A DNA stretch of 63,963 nt, filler included, from Octopus bimaculoides (lineage: Eukaryota): the NCBI RefSeq assembly GCF_001194135.2. It is 5 parts of 4 records of this genome, joined end to end, with 100 filler letters (N's around TTAATTAATTAA, not from the genome) between each part and the next. Parts side by side here need not be neighbours in the genome. Positions count along the whole stretch, not along the records: positions 1 to 23,769 come from NC_068984.1; 4 more parts are not named here. One strand, written 5' to 3'. Shown here in pieces: positions 1 to 12,273 of the stretch. Position 1 is the first letter of the stretch, and each line of letters opens with the position of its first letter. A program made the position numbers and the translations under genes. The notes beneath the pieces are model-generated. The model was not told where the DNA came from. It was given only the letters and a program-made list of their open reading frames with translations, and did no database searches.

Positions 1-35
<35 letters not shown>

Positions 36-47
36 TATATATATATA

Positions 48-178
48 TGTGAGAAGGGAGGCTCATATGCATGGGTGACTGCTGGTCTTCCATAAACAGC
101 CTTGCCCGGACTTGTGTCTTGGAGGGGAACTTTCTAGGTGAAATCCTGTGGTTATTCATGTTCAAAGGGGTCTTTACT
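48..178 (+). mobile_element. 3' portion of a SINE (same family as 15700-16025)
   Basis: atgggtgactgctggtcttcc...aactttctaggt...gtctttac aligns by eye with about 15890-16025. Confidence 0.6.
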
Positions 179-223
179 TCAGTATGATGGCTGCAATTTT
201 ATATCAAGCAATGCTATTACTTG

Positions 224-291
224 ATTGTTTTCTTAAACATGAGCAGCACAGATGTGGATTGTTTTCTTAAACATGAGCAGCACAAATGTGG
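224..291 (+). repeat. 2 x 34-bp tandem duplication
   Basis: attgttttcttaaacatgagcagcaca(g/a)atgtgg occurs twice back to back with 1 mismatch. Confidence 0.95.
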
Positions 292-1009
292 TTTTTCGGT
301 CCTGCTAGAGACATACACTCATTGTGTAGATGTAGCAGTAATGCGCACTTATTACAACAGTTGTTCAAAGAGCTTACAACCACCAACATTGACACATGCC
401 TTTATTCTATCATGGAATTTTTCATTGATTGCTTTGCTTTTTTCAACTACAGTCAACCATAGTCTATGTAATAGACCTGTTAAAATTCAAGTGTTGCCTG
501 TGCTTAATGTTTTTTAAAGTGGAGAAAGGCCTTGCTCAGAGCCAATCCTATTCTCTAAACAATGTATGCATTTGTCCAAACAGAACTAGTGTTGTATCCT
601 AGAGAGATGTCTCAACAAAGACAAGGAGTCTCTCACAACCATTGACTTTATTGAGTTCATCTGTCCTTTTGGCAGGCTTTGTTTTCCATCTTGTAGGTTG
701 TTATGTGAAATCCATCCCATTGACCAAGTAGGGTTGCCAGTTTAGTCACCACAGACTAGACCATGTCACATACTGGGTTACATGTTATTTACTTTTTCTA
801 TCCAAAATGGTTTTTCAGTTCAATATTTACATGCTATTATTTAAAGCTTTATGTGATGTGCTTTGAGATCCACTGTTCCAAAAATGAATTATGTGTGTGT
901 GTGTATAAAAGATACAATTTTACAACATTTAGAGGAAACACTGGGCCTTTTACAATACGCAGAGGAAATGTTGGCTCTCTTCTTTGATGTGCCGATCCCC
1001 ATACAGCAC

Positions 1010-1128
1010 TAGAGCAATGTGAAATAAAGTGTTTTGCTCAAGAACACAACACATTGCCTGGTCCAGGAATCAAATCCACAATGTGATGATCATGAGTACA
1101 ACACTCTAACGACTAGGCCAAATGCCTT
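1010..1128 (-). mobile_element. tRNA-derived SINE head fragment
   Basis: aataaagtgttttgctcaagaacacaac...ggaatcaaatcc...ctaacgactaggcca is the reverse complement of the SINE head seen repeatedly in the window. Confidence 0.7.
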
Positions 1129-1137
1129 TATTAAATA

Positions 1138-2369
1138 CTAGCAGAAATACCCGGCGTTGCCCAGGTTAAAGAGAATAATGAAATCTAAAAACGCCGTCTA
1201 GACTACGCATCATCTTTATATAGAGAGATGTATATACACACACGCACCCAAACACACGTATATATATGTATATCAATATAAATATATGAAAGTCAATGAA
1301 GTTTCGTAAAAGAAGGTGATCATGTACATACTTTCTTGCTGTTGTGATTATAACACCTCATTGTAAACTATGTTCCTTGTTTTCCCTTGTGGAGCATATA
1401 CAAATAGGTTTTTTGTTGCTGCCCACTCTTGAGCAGCCAACATACAGTTGTCNNNNNNNNNNNNNNNNNNNNNNNNNNNNNNNNNNNNNNNNNNNNNNNN
1501 NNNNNNNNNNNNNNNNNNNNNNNNNNNNNNNNNNNNNNNNNNNNNNNNNNNNNNNNNNNNNNNNNNNNNNNNNNNNNNNNNNNNNNNNNNNNNNNNNNNN
1601 NNNNNNNNNNNNNNNNNNNNNNNNNNNNNNNNNNNNNNNNNNNNNNNNNNNNNNNNNNNNNNNNNNNNNNNNNNNNNNNNNNNNNNNNNNNNNNNNNNNN
1701 NNNNNNNNNNNNNNNNNNNNNNNNNNNNNNNNNNNNNNNNNNNNNNNNNNNNNNNNNNNNNNNNNNNNNNNNNNNNNNNNNNNNNNNNNNNNNNNNNNNN
1801 NNNNNNNNNNNNNNNNNNNNNNNNNNNNNNNNNNNNNNNNNNNNNNNNNNNNNNNNNNNNNNNNNNNNNNNNNNNNNNNNNNNNNNNNNNNNNNNNNNNN
1901 NNNNNNNNNNNNNNNNNNNNNNNNNNNNNNNNNNNNNNNNNNNNNNNNNNNNNNNNNNNNNNNNNNNNNNNNNNNNNNNNNNNNNNNNNNNNNNNNNNNN
2001 NNNNNNNNNNNNNNNNNNNNNNTCTCTCTCTCTCTCTTTCTCTCTTTCTCTCTCTGTGAAAGTATCTGTCACTACAGTATCGAAATGTGATTGTTTCAGT
2101 TAGTGGAATAGTTTCATTTTTAAAGTGAAAGTATTTGACATGAGTGTTTTTGTTTCACTTTTGACACGTAATACTTAAATAGTGGAGGAGATATTATGTT
2201 GCCGTGTGCTCGAACTCTGCAAGAAGTTAATAATTTGTTTTGACTAAAACACAACTGGAACCCTAAGTAAGGCATGTGTAAAATTTGAATGAAATTGGTT
2301 GCGTAGTTCTCGAGTTTTAGGGATTCACACAGACAGACAGACACACATTCTCATTTTTATATATATAGA
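1138..2369 (-). mobile_element. Non-autonomous Helitron remnant spanning an N gap, with a RepHel C-terminal fragment
   Basis: The minus strand starts A|TCTATATATATAAAA at 2369 and ends with the hairpin ctgggcaacgccggg then CTAG|T at 1138. 1452-1348 translates (one frameshift) to GQLYVGCSRVGSNK/LFVYAPQGKTRNIVYNEVL*, the Pif1-like helicase C-terminus typical of Helitrons. Confidence 0.8.
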
Positions 2370-2764
2370 TAGATAAATAAAACAAAATTAGCTAAACAAT
2401 CCAAGTCAGTGATTATGTCTTAAATTTCAGTTGTAGCTCTGTTTCTTCATTTACATTGTTAATGATCTTGGGAAGAATAGCATTTACATCACAATTACTG
2501 ACTCTCATTCTATTGTAGTAAGCATCATTTTGTGACTTATCACAAACAAACAAGTATTAATGAAAAATGAGACTGTTCTGAAGGTATAATCATGAATAAT
2601 GAGCAAGTATATATAGAATATCTTCTTAAGGCTTAACTCGCTAGTGAATTTGATCATTCATTTATTTATTCACCACTACCTGATCCTTGGGTAGCTTTAG
2701 TTGAACATTTGGGTCAGGTCACCAGTCTGAGGATAACATGAACCAGCTGTAGACAAAGAGGAAA

Positions 2765-2870
2765 GTTCTACTTCAGCATGAAGTCTGTGAAATGATTTGA
2801 TCAGGTTTAGGGTCAGAGTTAGGGTTAGACTGCTGTAAACAGTGGAAGTGAGCCATAATGTTAAAACTTA
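2765..2870. mobile_element. Degenerate copy of the MITE at 9475-9626
   Basis: gttctacttcagcatgaagtct matches the left TIR of the 9475 copy; the interior has tttagggtcagagttagggttagactgc. Confidence 0.5.
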
Positions 2871-3159
2871 GTGGGCATGCACAACAGAGGTCAAGGTCAA
2901 TTTTTGCCAATGGGTAGGTGGGTGGATGCATGCATACATACATATATATATTTATATACTGAGGGTGATAAATTGAATATTAATTTCAATTTAAAACCAG
3001 TGGTCTAGCATATAAAAAATCTGATAATTCAGAAAAATTGTATTACATGCGTATAAGAAGGGATGACCACTAAGTGGACATCCAATATGCTAGAAAGAGG
3101 TCTTCAACGACCAACCACAAAGAAAAATAATGTTATACGCATAGTCTTATACACATGTA

Positions 3160-3192
<33 letters not shown>

Positions 3193-3887
3193 NNNNNNNN
3201 NNNNNNNNNNNNNNNNNNNNNNNNNNNNNNNNNNNNNNNNNNNNNNNNNNNNNNNNNNNNNNNNNNNNNNNNNNNNNNNNNNNNNNNNNNNNNNNNNNNN
3301 NNNNNNNNNNNNNNNNNNNNNNNNNNNNNNNNNNNNNNNNNNNNNNNNNNNNNNNNNNNNNNNNNNNNNNNNNNNNNNNNNNNNNNNNNNNNNNNNNNNN
3401 NNNNNNNNNNNNNNNNNNNNNNNNNNNNNNNNNNNNNNNNNNNNNNNNNNNNNNNNNNNNNNNNNNNNNNNNNNNNNNNNNNNNNNNNNNNNNNNNNNNN
3501 NNNNNNNNNNNNNNNNNNNNNNNNNNNNNNNNNNNNNNNNNNNNNNNNNNNNNNNNNNNNNNNNNNNNNNNNNNNNNNNNNNNNNNNNNNNNNNNNNNNN
3601 NNNNNNNNNNNNNNNNNNNNNNNNNNNNNNNNNNNNNNNNNNNNNNNNNNNNNNNNNNNNNNNNNNNNNNNNNNNNNNNNNNNNNNNNNNNNNNNNNNNN
3701 NNNNNNNNNNNNNNNNNNNNNNNNNNNNNNNNNNNNNNNNNNNNNNNNNNNNNNNNNNNNNNNNNNNNNNNNNNNNNNNNNNNNNNNNNNNNNNNNNNNN
3801 NNNNNNNNNNNNNNNNNNNNNNNNNNNNNNNNNNNNNNNNNNNNNNNNNNNNNNNNNNNNNNNNNNNNNNNNNNNNNNNNNNNNNNN

Positions 3888-3920
<33 letters not shown>

Positions 3921-4275
3921 CACACACACACACGTGCATAAATACATATCTAAATATATAAAGTAATATATCAATTAACCAATTAATTAAGCTACTGAAA
4001 GATTCACTTCAACCAATCAAATCACAACCTACTGTCTTAAATGATGATAAAGAAAAACTTATAGGACTTTATAGTCTACAATATAAAAAAATATCTGTGA
4101 TAGTCACAGCTGGAGAAACTTTGATAATAGGACTCCTCAATAAGAGTTGATTGAGTGCAAAGCAACTACAACTGACTTGTTTAAAGATTCACTTAGGATC
4201 TTAAGCATTTTTAATTTAACAGTAAAGTTCAAAAGCTCAAGGAAAATAATTTCACTAATGTCTTGAACAACCCTT

Positions 4276-4750
4276 CATCATCATCATCATTTAACATCCG
4301 TTTTCCGCACTGGACAGTTTGACAAGGGGCTAGCCAGCTGGAGAACTGCCTAGGTTCCACATCTATTTTGGCATGGATTCTACAGCTGGATGCCCTTCCT
4401 TACTAACAGAGATAGGAGTTCTCTGAACTTTGCCCAACCTATTCTTATTCAAGTGGCTATGTTTTTGGAACAACCTCCACCACTACTAACTGGGTCACCT
4501 AAGTAATGGAAACTATCTACAACTTCTAAGGATGCTCCACAACATTTGAGGGAATCTATTTCTTTATACATTCCTGGTGTTTAATGCACTTGCACATCTT
4601 TCACCACATGAAAAGACTAATTTCTCTGTTAGTCTCCCAGTGATACCTCTACACCTCTTACATGTCCATAGCTTTCTCCTGACACCTTTTCTACATATTG
4701 AGTAGGGCCATCTCTTGCACCAGTTTATAGTACACATTTTATTCAATAAT
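4276..4750 (-). mobile_element. RTE-type LINE fragment plus (gat)n-tailed 3' end
   Basis: Minus-strand RWPYSICRKGVRRKLWTCKRC matches the Cys-rich segment at about 20880 and 41160. A (cat)n tail lies at about 4276-4290. Confidence 0.7.
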
Positions 4751-5479
4751 TAGAACAGATCAATTTATACATCTGTTAGCCATTAACATTATTTCACAAA
4801 AGGGCAAGGTGCAGTGTTAAATTCCACAGTTTGACTTGATACAATAGTGCATATATGGTTGAATAATTGATATGGTCTTGTTTGTCCTATTCTGAAGAAG
4901 ACCAAAACACCATCTCTTATACACAGACAATATTTCTTAATGCACATCAGGTGAATGCAATTTTGAAACTGCTCCACCAATATCAAGCCATCCACAAGTG
5001 AGGAAACTCCAGAAGTAGTATTTTACTGTTGCAGATGCACATGATACACCCAACTGCTGCAACAAAAGGTCTGTTGTCAGCTCTCACTGGTGGCTCCACA
5101 AACTGTTCACATTTAGCAATGTGCCACCTCCTGGACAATGGTACTAGCAGGCCAGTTAAATTTGATAGGTTAATAAACAACCAATCCATCTAACTTTAAA
5201 CTGTCATTATTGAGCAAACATGGTCGAAGGTATTCCATCTTATTTTTTTATATGTATATCAAAGCCTATATCATTTAATGTGTCCTCTTAGTTACTATTT
5301 CTAGCATGTTGACTATCTGCCCAGGAGCTTCTTTGCTGCCACATATATTATGGCATTTGAACCTCAAGGGTATGCTCTAGCACTTGCCACCATCTATATC
5401 TCTCTCTTCCTTTATTCAACCATCCCATTTATATTCTGATCCCTGTTCCTTGTGAGTATGCCCAGCATTTTGCCACCAT

Positions 5480-5990
5480 CTCTATCCTGCTGTTTCCCAC
5501 TCTCTCTCCTTCTCCTGCACTCCCCTCTGTCTTCATTCCTGATCTTTCTCTCTCTGGCCAGGTAACCTTGTACTTTTTCTACAGCAAGATACCTGTATCT
5601 GTCTCACTACAACCTTTTCGTCATCCAACACAAGATCACCTCTTCCAATGCCTCCTCCCCTCTTGAAAGTTTTTTTTTTGTCTTGCAAGTACTTGGTGAC
5701 CCTGTCAGTGCAGGTGCCACTTAAAAGCACCCAGTCCAAACTGTAAAGTGGTTGGCATTTGGAAGGGCATCCAAATGTAAAAACCTTGCCTGTGCTTGTG
5801 CCACGAAAAAAGCACTACTAAGTCCACTCTGTTGAGTGGTTGGGGTTAGGAAGGACATCCAGCTGTAAAACTCCTGCCAAAACAGTCATAGAAACCTGGT
5901 GCAGGCTTCGGCCTAGCTGTTTCTTGTGAAACCATCCCACCCATGCTAGTATGGAAGGTAGACGTTAAATGATGATGATGATGATGATTG
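5480..5990 (+). mobile_element. LINE/SINE 3' UTR with (gat)n tail
   Basis: aaaagcacccagtcc...gtggttggc...ggaagggcatcca...gatgatgatg is shared with about 21860-22075 and 41340-41515. Confidence 0.7.
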
Positions 5991-7013
5991 CAGCAGTGAC
6001 CACCCTCTTTTGTTATGTGCATGTCTGGGACTACATTAACCATTTATCATTTCCTTATTTAAGACTGAAGGGTTTGGTTGTAGGGACATTTGGTTGTCAT
6101 TTCAGCTTCATTAGTTTATACTATAAACTGGTATAACACTGCTCTAAACAACAGTTACACTAAGTTCAATACCACCTACAAGGAAAGTAACATGTAACAA
6201 AATGGTGTTGTGTCCATAGAGATGTTTGTGTCTCATCTATTTATTGCCTTAAAACTAAGAATAAATATTAGCTAAATAGATCGTGGAGCTTTTCAAGCAT
6301 CTATGTGGCTGCTTGACTTACTAGAAATAACAACCAAATCTTCTTTAAATCACTCACAACTACTGTCTTAAAAAAAAAAATTAATAAACACACTCATTGA
6401 ATCATGTCATTTTAAATAAGTTATGCTTGGAATAACAATGGGATGTTCATAGAATAGCGGGAATCTCACTGCTCATAGATATGCTTTGGCAAGGTTGATA
6501 TGGAGCTAAACAGCAAACAACAATTACCAGATTGTCCATGAAGAGACAAATAAAAAAAAAATATGATTTAATCTCTAGTTATGTTAAATACTCTATGCTT
6601 TATTAGGTTATCATTCCTCTTGTAATCATTATATCATTATAGCCCTACATCCTTGGACCACTTTTTATACATTATTATGTCATATCACACAACCTCATCA
6701 TTATTATACAAAGCTATTTCTTCATAGGTCCCTACCTCATATACAGAGCTATGTCATTACACCACCTACAGTGACATAGCTAGAGTGTGTACCCCTGGTG
6801 CAGGCCTTGAGTTTTCTGCTCACCTCTTAGGCCTTCAAGTCCATACAGGCTTCTACAGCAGACCAACAGTGCTGTCTCCATAAAAACATTGCTTAGGATA
6901 AACTGCACCTCAATACTTTATACTACTAACCACCTCTTATACATACAGAACTGTGTCATTATATAACAGCTTATACAGAGAGCTATGTCATTAGAGTACT
7001 TCTTGCAGAGTAT

Positions 7014-7920
7014 TATGAGGCTTTATCAAAAAGTTCCCAGGCTAGTTCGGTTGCATCCCAACAGATGACAGCACATGGTTGTGTGCACAGTGAGAGCTAG
7101 CAGTGACCTTCATGAGGCAGTGTACTGAGTGACATCACTGTATTTACTTTGCAAGTTGTGAAATTTGTGTTTTTGTGATCATGTGTATGCTGTAGTCAGC
7201 GATTTCTGTCATGGACAGGAAGTTGGAACAAAGACCCAACATGAAATTTTGCATTAAACTAGGGAAGTCTGCTACAGAGACACTGAGCATGCTTCAGCAA
7301 GATTACAGCAATGAGGCAATGGGTGACATGCAATGTTTTGAGTGGCATGGGTGCATGACAGAGCTGCAGGTCAGTCAAGAGCATACTCATTGTCTTTTTC
7401 AGCATCCGCAGTATTGTGCATCGAGAATTCATCCCCCAGGGCCAGACTGTCAGTCAGGAGTTCTACTGCAACATTTCAAAGTGTTTGAGGGAGGATATTT
7501 GGCAAAAGTGACCATATCTGTGGAGCGTGAAGAATTGAATTCTTCATGACGACAATACACCATCACCAAACTCCCCTCACTCATGAGTTTCTCACCAAAA
7601 ACAATATGACATCACTTCCGCACCTGCCCTATTCACCAGATTTAGCATCTGCAGACTTCCATCTCTTCCCCAAGATGTAAAAGCAATCCAAAGGTCAGTT
7701 TTAACACCGTTATCAAGATCCAGAGAAAATTGCAGAAGGTCTTTAACTTGCTAATGGAAAACGACTTCCAAGCAGGATTCCAAAAGTGGGAGGAATGCTG
7801 GAACCAGTGTATTGCTGTATAAAGGTGACTATTTTGAAGGAGATGATGGTAAAACTTAGGTAAAAAAGTTATTTTTGATTAAACATAACTAGTCCAAGAA
7901 CTTTTTGATACCACATCGTA
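7014..7920 (+). mobile_element. Internally deleted Tc1/mariner DNA transposon (dead)
   Basis: About 30-bp TIRs (tatgaggctttatcaaaaagttcccaggctag / ctagtccaagaactttttgataccacatcgta) with TA ends. The HTH N-terminus reads MDRKLEQRPNMKFCIKLGKSATETL, and a later frame gives HLPYSPDLASADF. Frameshifts and a stop are present. Confidence 0.92.
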
Positions 7921-7954
7921 TGCCATTACAATTCATGTATATAGCACTTACATA

Positions 7955-9176
7955 GCAAGTTAACTTTGGAAATCATTATCAGACTAATTAACTTCCGTTG
8001 CATTTAACTTCTGTTAACTCAAGTTGTTGCAATGATCTTTAGGCTCAAAGACTTCAAGTCCAAGGGCCTCATCTACTGCAGCCCCTCGGTTGATGCACTT
8101 TGAGCAGGCATCAACAAAAGGCTTAGAACCCTCCTGGAGGATGAGGAATGCTAGCTGGCTGCTGCCTTCCACCCCAGGTTTTGCCTCGTCTGGTTGGATA
8201 AATATGACAACACCAAGGTTGTCAAGGTGAGGAAAAGCATGGAGGGTAAGGCTGAGGAGGCCATGAGGCAGCAGTCTGACAAAGTGAGCCGCAACAACGG
8301 AAAGAATGAGGATGACTTCTTCAGTGGTGTCACCCAACCAAAAGAGAGGAGCAGGAGCCACAGGCCACTCAAGGACAAGGCCCAGAATTTGGTCAAGATC
8401 TGGCTGGAGACCAACTCCAAAGACTTGCTGACAGATGCTGCCTTCTTGGGTGAGCAAGTGTTGACGGACATGTTCATCAAGTTCAACACAGCCATCCCCT
8501 CGAGTGCTGCAGTGGAGCATTTGTTCTCTATGAGTAAGGACAATATGAGGGCCAAGAGATCATCTCTGTCTGATGAAAACTTTGACATGCTAATTTTCAT
8601 GAAGGGCAACATGAATCTCATGAACAAAATGAAGAACAAAAAGAAGAAAAATTAAATTATGTATATATTGTGTATTACATTTTTTATTTTTATTTTTTTA
8701 CAGCCACTTTATCAATAAACTTTTTTAGTTTAATACTAATATTGTTTCATTTCAGTGTTTTTTTTTTACCTTTTTCTGGTTCTAAAAGCCTTTAAAAACC
8801 TAAAAAAAAAAAGGGCAAAAACTATGAAATCAGCCTTTTTTAGGTCTTTTAAGAGTTAAAATTATTTAACCAGCATTTTTAAACTCTAAATAAAAAAAAC
8901 AAAACAAAACAAAAAAACTATAGTTTCAGGGTTCTAAGGCCCTTAAAAAGGCCAAATAAGGCTGGTTTTATAGTTTTGGCATTTTTTAAAGGTATTTTTG
9001 GAGCAAAAACTGATTTTTTGTTTTTTTCTATAATAAAAAGCAATGTTAATGGTTTATTGATAACTTCTGTTACATTTTTAAAGAATTAACTGATTAACAA
9101 TTATCAAAGTTAACTTTTTGGTTAATGGATTAACAGTTAACAAAGTTAACTTTTCGATTAATGGTGCCCACCTTTG
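7955..9176 (+). mobile_element. Truncated hAT DNA transposon
   Basis: Contains a hAT transposase C-terminus, gttaac-rich subterminal repeats at both sides, and a right-end TIR-like tgcccacctttg ending at 9176. The left TIR and an 8-bp TSD were not found. Confidence 0.8.
8030..8655 (+). pseudogene. hAT transposase C-terminal fragment (dimerisation domain)
   Basis: LAAAFHPRF (DPRF-like motif) and FNTAIPSSAAVEHLFS...RAKRSSLSDENFDMLIFMK. Two in-frame stops lie upstream of the 8194-8655 ORF. Confidence 0.88.
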
Positions 9177-9474
9177 CACATCTCAGAATCTCCCATTGAT
9201 AAGAAAAAAATGTAGTCACAATTTATTGCACAAGTGCAAATAATTATAATGTATTTTTCAATCTAAAAACAATTTACCCACTGAAATTCTTAAATTTTCT
9301 TTTGTAAACCAGAAGTTTTCTACATAGTTATTGAATCTATTAGAAATAGTACCAAATATAACTCAAAAAACATCATGTCATTTAAAAAACAAAAGGAAGA
9401 CCACAATGGAATATGTATTATTATATCCAAGAATGTGAAGTCAAAATGCTAACTTGAACATATAAAGAGCACGG

Positions 9475-9626
9475 GGTGCTACTTTAGCATGCAGTCTACC
9501 ACTGTATCCATATTCTATGCTGTGAAAATCCTGATCTGGGTTAGGATTAGCATTAAAGTTAAGGGTGGGGTTAGACTGCACACTAAAGTGTAAATGGCCA
9601 GGTAGATTACATGTTAAAGTAGCACC
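9475..9626. mobile_element. 152-bp MITE with 26-bp TIRs and a degenerate TTAGGG-like interior
   Basis: ggtgctactttagcatgcagtctacc vs the reverse complement of ggtagattacatgttaaagtagcacc (3 mismatches). Confidence 0.75.
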
Positions 9627-10623
9627 AAACATAACCTATATCATTTTTCATCTTTAGGATAAAGTATCCTCAAAAAAAAAAAAAAAAGACTATCTCAATG
9701 TACATTTTATCAAATTTAGTTACAGGCTAAGTTTTATGTCCCACATAACTCTTTTTCAAGATACCATCGTTTACTTTACACCATATTTGCTCCGATTCTA
9801 CGTATAGAAATCTCAGACACCTTTCATTGGGCTCATGACAGCTTAGTTTCACCAAACAACACCAAGACACAATCACAGGAAAGCTTTGACATGTAAAACA
9901 CTCAAAACCCTTGTAAGTAATGGGACTAAGAATTTCTGATAATCAATTGTGTCAATCCCATACATCTATAACAGCTAAATCTGCACCAAGACTAGCTTTC
10001 CTCTTTAGGTCCACAATATATTTCACCTTTGATCAGTTACAGATTTGGCAGCTATTTATAGCAAATAGAGTGGCTAATAAAATGCACTGTTGTCGGCCCT
10101 TCCTTAATTAATAAACCACACAAACCTTACAAATCAAAGAGGTAACGGGGAAATATTATAGGATTTGCCTATCTCCAGAAAATGAAATAGTTATTTAACT
10201 ATATAAAAAGACTAGCAAAAAGTAACACTGAAGATGTTACATAACTGTCTTCTTTCTATTAATGTATGACTGATAAGCACAAGTTTTGTGTACTTTTCTC
10301 TATATAGTACTCGATTCCCCATTCCCAATTTTAATATCAGGAGAGAAGATTAGAAACTACTTGACTTCTCCAAGTGAGATAATACTATTTGTAAATATAG
10401 TGAAGAAAGATTAATTTTATCTCATATCAATATGCTTAATGTTGATAATTTTGAACTAAATTCTGAAAATTATGTAAGCAAAAACATATTCCTAAAAATG
10501 AATATTCTCTCAGACGGCATATTACATGAAACTAGTAACCTAGAAAGGAAAAATATCAGGGAATACTATTTGTTGATGTATAATATTTACTTGTAATAGT
10601 AACTATTTATTAGCAGCATAATT

Positions 10624-10724
10624 TCAATTGTTTAAAAATGAAAAAAGTCTTGAGCACTTCTTAATATCTAAACATCTTATGGCAACTAAAATATAGAAAT
10701 TTCCAGCTTGTACAAAGTAGACTT
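10624..10724 (-). CDS. Possible terminal exon of the minus-strand microexon gene (EVYFVQAGNF...FSFLNN*)
   Basis: Acceptor ttttctgcttctcag, open in phase 1, with AATAAA (10611-10606) just after the TGA. Could be chance. Confidence 0.25.
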
Positions 10725-10876
10725 CTGAGAAGCAGAAAAATCGAGGCATTATTCTATTGTTTATAAAATCAATTAAAAAGTTCACTTCTTTCAAATTGAA
10801 TTTAAATTAAGCCAGCATAGTAGTACCGATGTGTTAAGTTGCAGTATATTTATTTACTATTGATATTACAGCGTAC

Positions 10877-10894
10877 CATGTAAAAACGAAGTGT
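10877..10894 (-). CDS. Candidate 18-nt microexon (DTSFLH), phase 1/1
   Basis: taatactttccag|ACACTTCGTTTTTACATG|gtacgc keeps the frame of the upstream exons. Confidence 0.4.
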
Positions 10895-11338
10895 CTGGAA
10901 AGTATTACTTTACAAGCAACACGTTATACAAATCAAAATTCTACCCGGATTTACATGTAAAGAAAAAAAAATGAATTCCACATTTCAAAGCCCAGTGCGT
11001 ATCTCGAAACCTATTTGTTTATAATGTACAAAGAATTCCGGGAGTTAGTAAGAACTGTGATTCAGTAATTATAGAATATCTAGTTGAAGTATGTCGAAGA
11101 ACAATGGATCTCGACGAAAAGTTGACGACTGCTTGCTCTAGTAACATCGTTGATAAACAATAGAACATTGTGTCGCAGCCCGTTTTGTTTTGTGTTCTTA
11201 TTTCTGTTCATATAATAACAGTGAAACCTCCTCCAGATTTACTAAGGTAAGGGAGATATGGTGATATTCATGCCGTTTTCCAAATGTAATTTGGTAAAAA
11301 GAAAATTAAGTCGCATATTTGTTTCGCTAAATATTTAC

Positions 11339-11368
11339 CAGCATCCCACATTTCCCGCCGTATTTTTT
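11339..11368 (-). CDS. Candidate 30-nt microexon (EKIRREMWDA), phase 1/1
   Basis: ttgttgttatcactag|AAAAAATACGGCGGGAAATGTGGGATGCTG|gtaaat is in frame with MGWR. Confidence 0.5.
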
Positions 11369-11681
11369 CTAGTGATAACAACAAATGAACATTGATAATA
11401 TTGATCGAGACAAAAGAATAATCTAAGATATAAATCCTTAAATTTATACGAAGAGGGACTAATATAATTACGGAATTAATCAAAGAAGTTTATGAACAGA
11501 ATCCTTTTTAAAAAATATTAACTATGAAAGGCAAATCCTAATAACCAGAGTACAGCAGGCTTTCTTAGATTAAATAAAACAACGAAGGAATATTAATAAG
11601 GGAGAGAGCTAGTTGTCTTACTCTGTTCTATTTCCATGTTAATGAGAAAACTATAATTTGACAGACTATCCATCAGTTTAC

Positions 11682-11751
11682 CTCGCCACCCCATCTTGCC
11701 TGTCAATTATCTATGTTGTAAAGACAGGAGTCTCAGTCGATGTAGCTTTCA
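11682..11751 (-). CDS. 70-nt exon containing the start codon (ATG 11694; MGWR) of an unidentified minus-strand gene
   Basis: Strong acceptor ttttctttcctttgttctgtttgtttctccgacaacag and donor GAG|gtaaac. Stops occur in all frames before GGCAAG-ATG-G (strong Kozak). Confidence 0.6.
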
Positions 11752-11935
11752 CTGTTGTCGGAGAAACAAACAGAACAAAGGAAAGAAAACAATCATATGG
11801 ACGGACAGCTATGAGATTAACTGTGAACTTTCTGGACTTTAATTGATTGACTGCTCAGTTGTAGAATAAGTAGCACAATGGCCTAAAGTTAGTTTAGTTG
11901 TTCAAACGAGGAGAAAATATTTCAGTTATACTTAC

Positions 11936-12000
11936 TGGTGTAGAGGTGATGGCGTGTGATGGCGAAACAAAATTACATCGTGTGAAATAGTATCAGCCAT
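11936..12000 (-). other. Probable 5' UTR first exon of the minus-strand gene (5' limit unknown)
   Basis: Donor CCA|gtaagt at 11935. It contains an upstream ATG whose frame terminates in exon 2 (possible uORF). Confidence 0.45.
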
Positions 12001-12208
12001 GTCCGAAGGTTAATTTTCTTCGAGCTAAAATTAACTGAATTCAAGTTGGAAATCAAAATATTCATTTGATATAAAAAGAGGCTTGCATGATGTTGTTCAA
12101 AACAAGCTAGACATTAAACTGTTATTCAGTCCAGATAGTTTGTCTCCTTGCCAATATTTAGAGGCGAACTACTATTTAACTGAAAGTCTCCTCTTTCTTA
12201 TTGTTAAG

Positions 12209-12273
12209 GTGTGCAGCGAGAGACAAATTGAAAGAGCAAAGATTCCGGAGAATCTAAAAGAGGAGAGCAAGGT
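12209..12273 (+). other. Possible non-coding first exon of the plus-strand gene
   Basis: Purine-rich stretch ending GCAAGGT|gtaagg at the edge of the CpG island; the start is uncertain. Confidence 0.3.

Noticed and set aside
8194-8655. Possible domesticated ZBED-like host gene
   Set aside because: In-frame stops lie upstream, there is no BED finger or catalytic core, and transposon ends flank it.
11268-11483. MWDAGKYLAK resembling the lysine-methyltransferase WDAA..LAKYL motif
   Set aside because: The match runs through a good donor (G|gtaaat) into intron, and no GxG motif follows.
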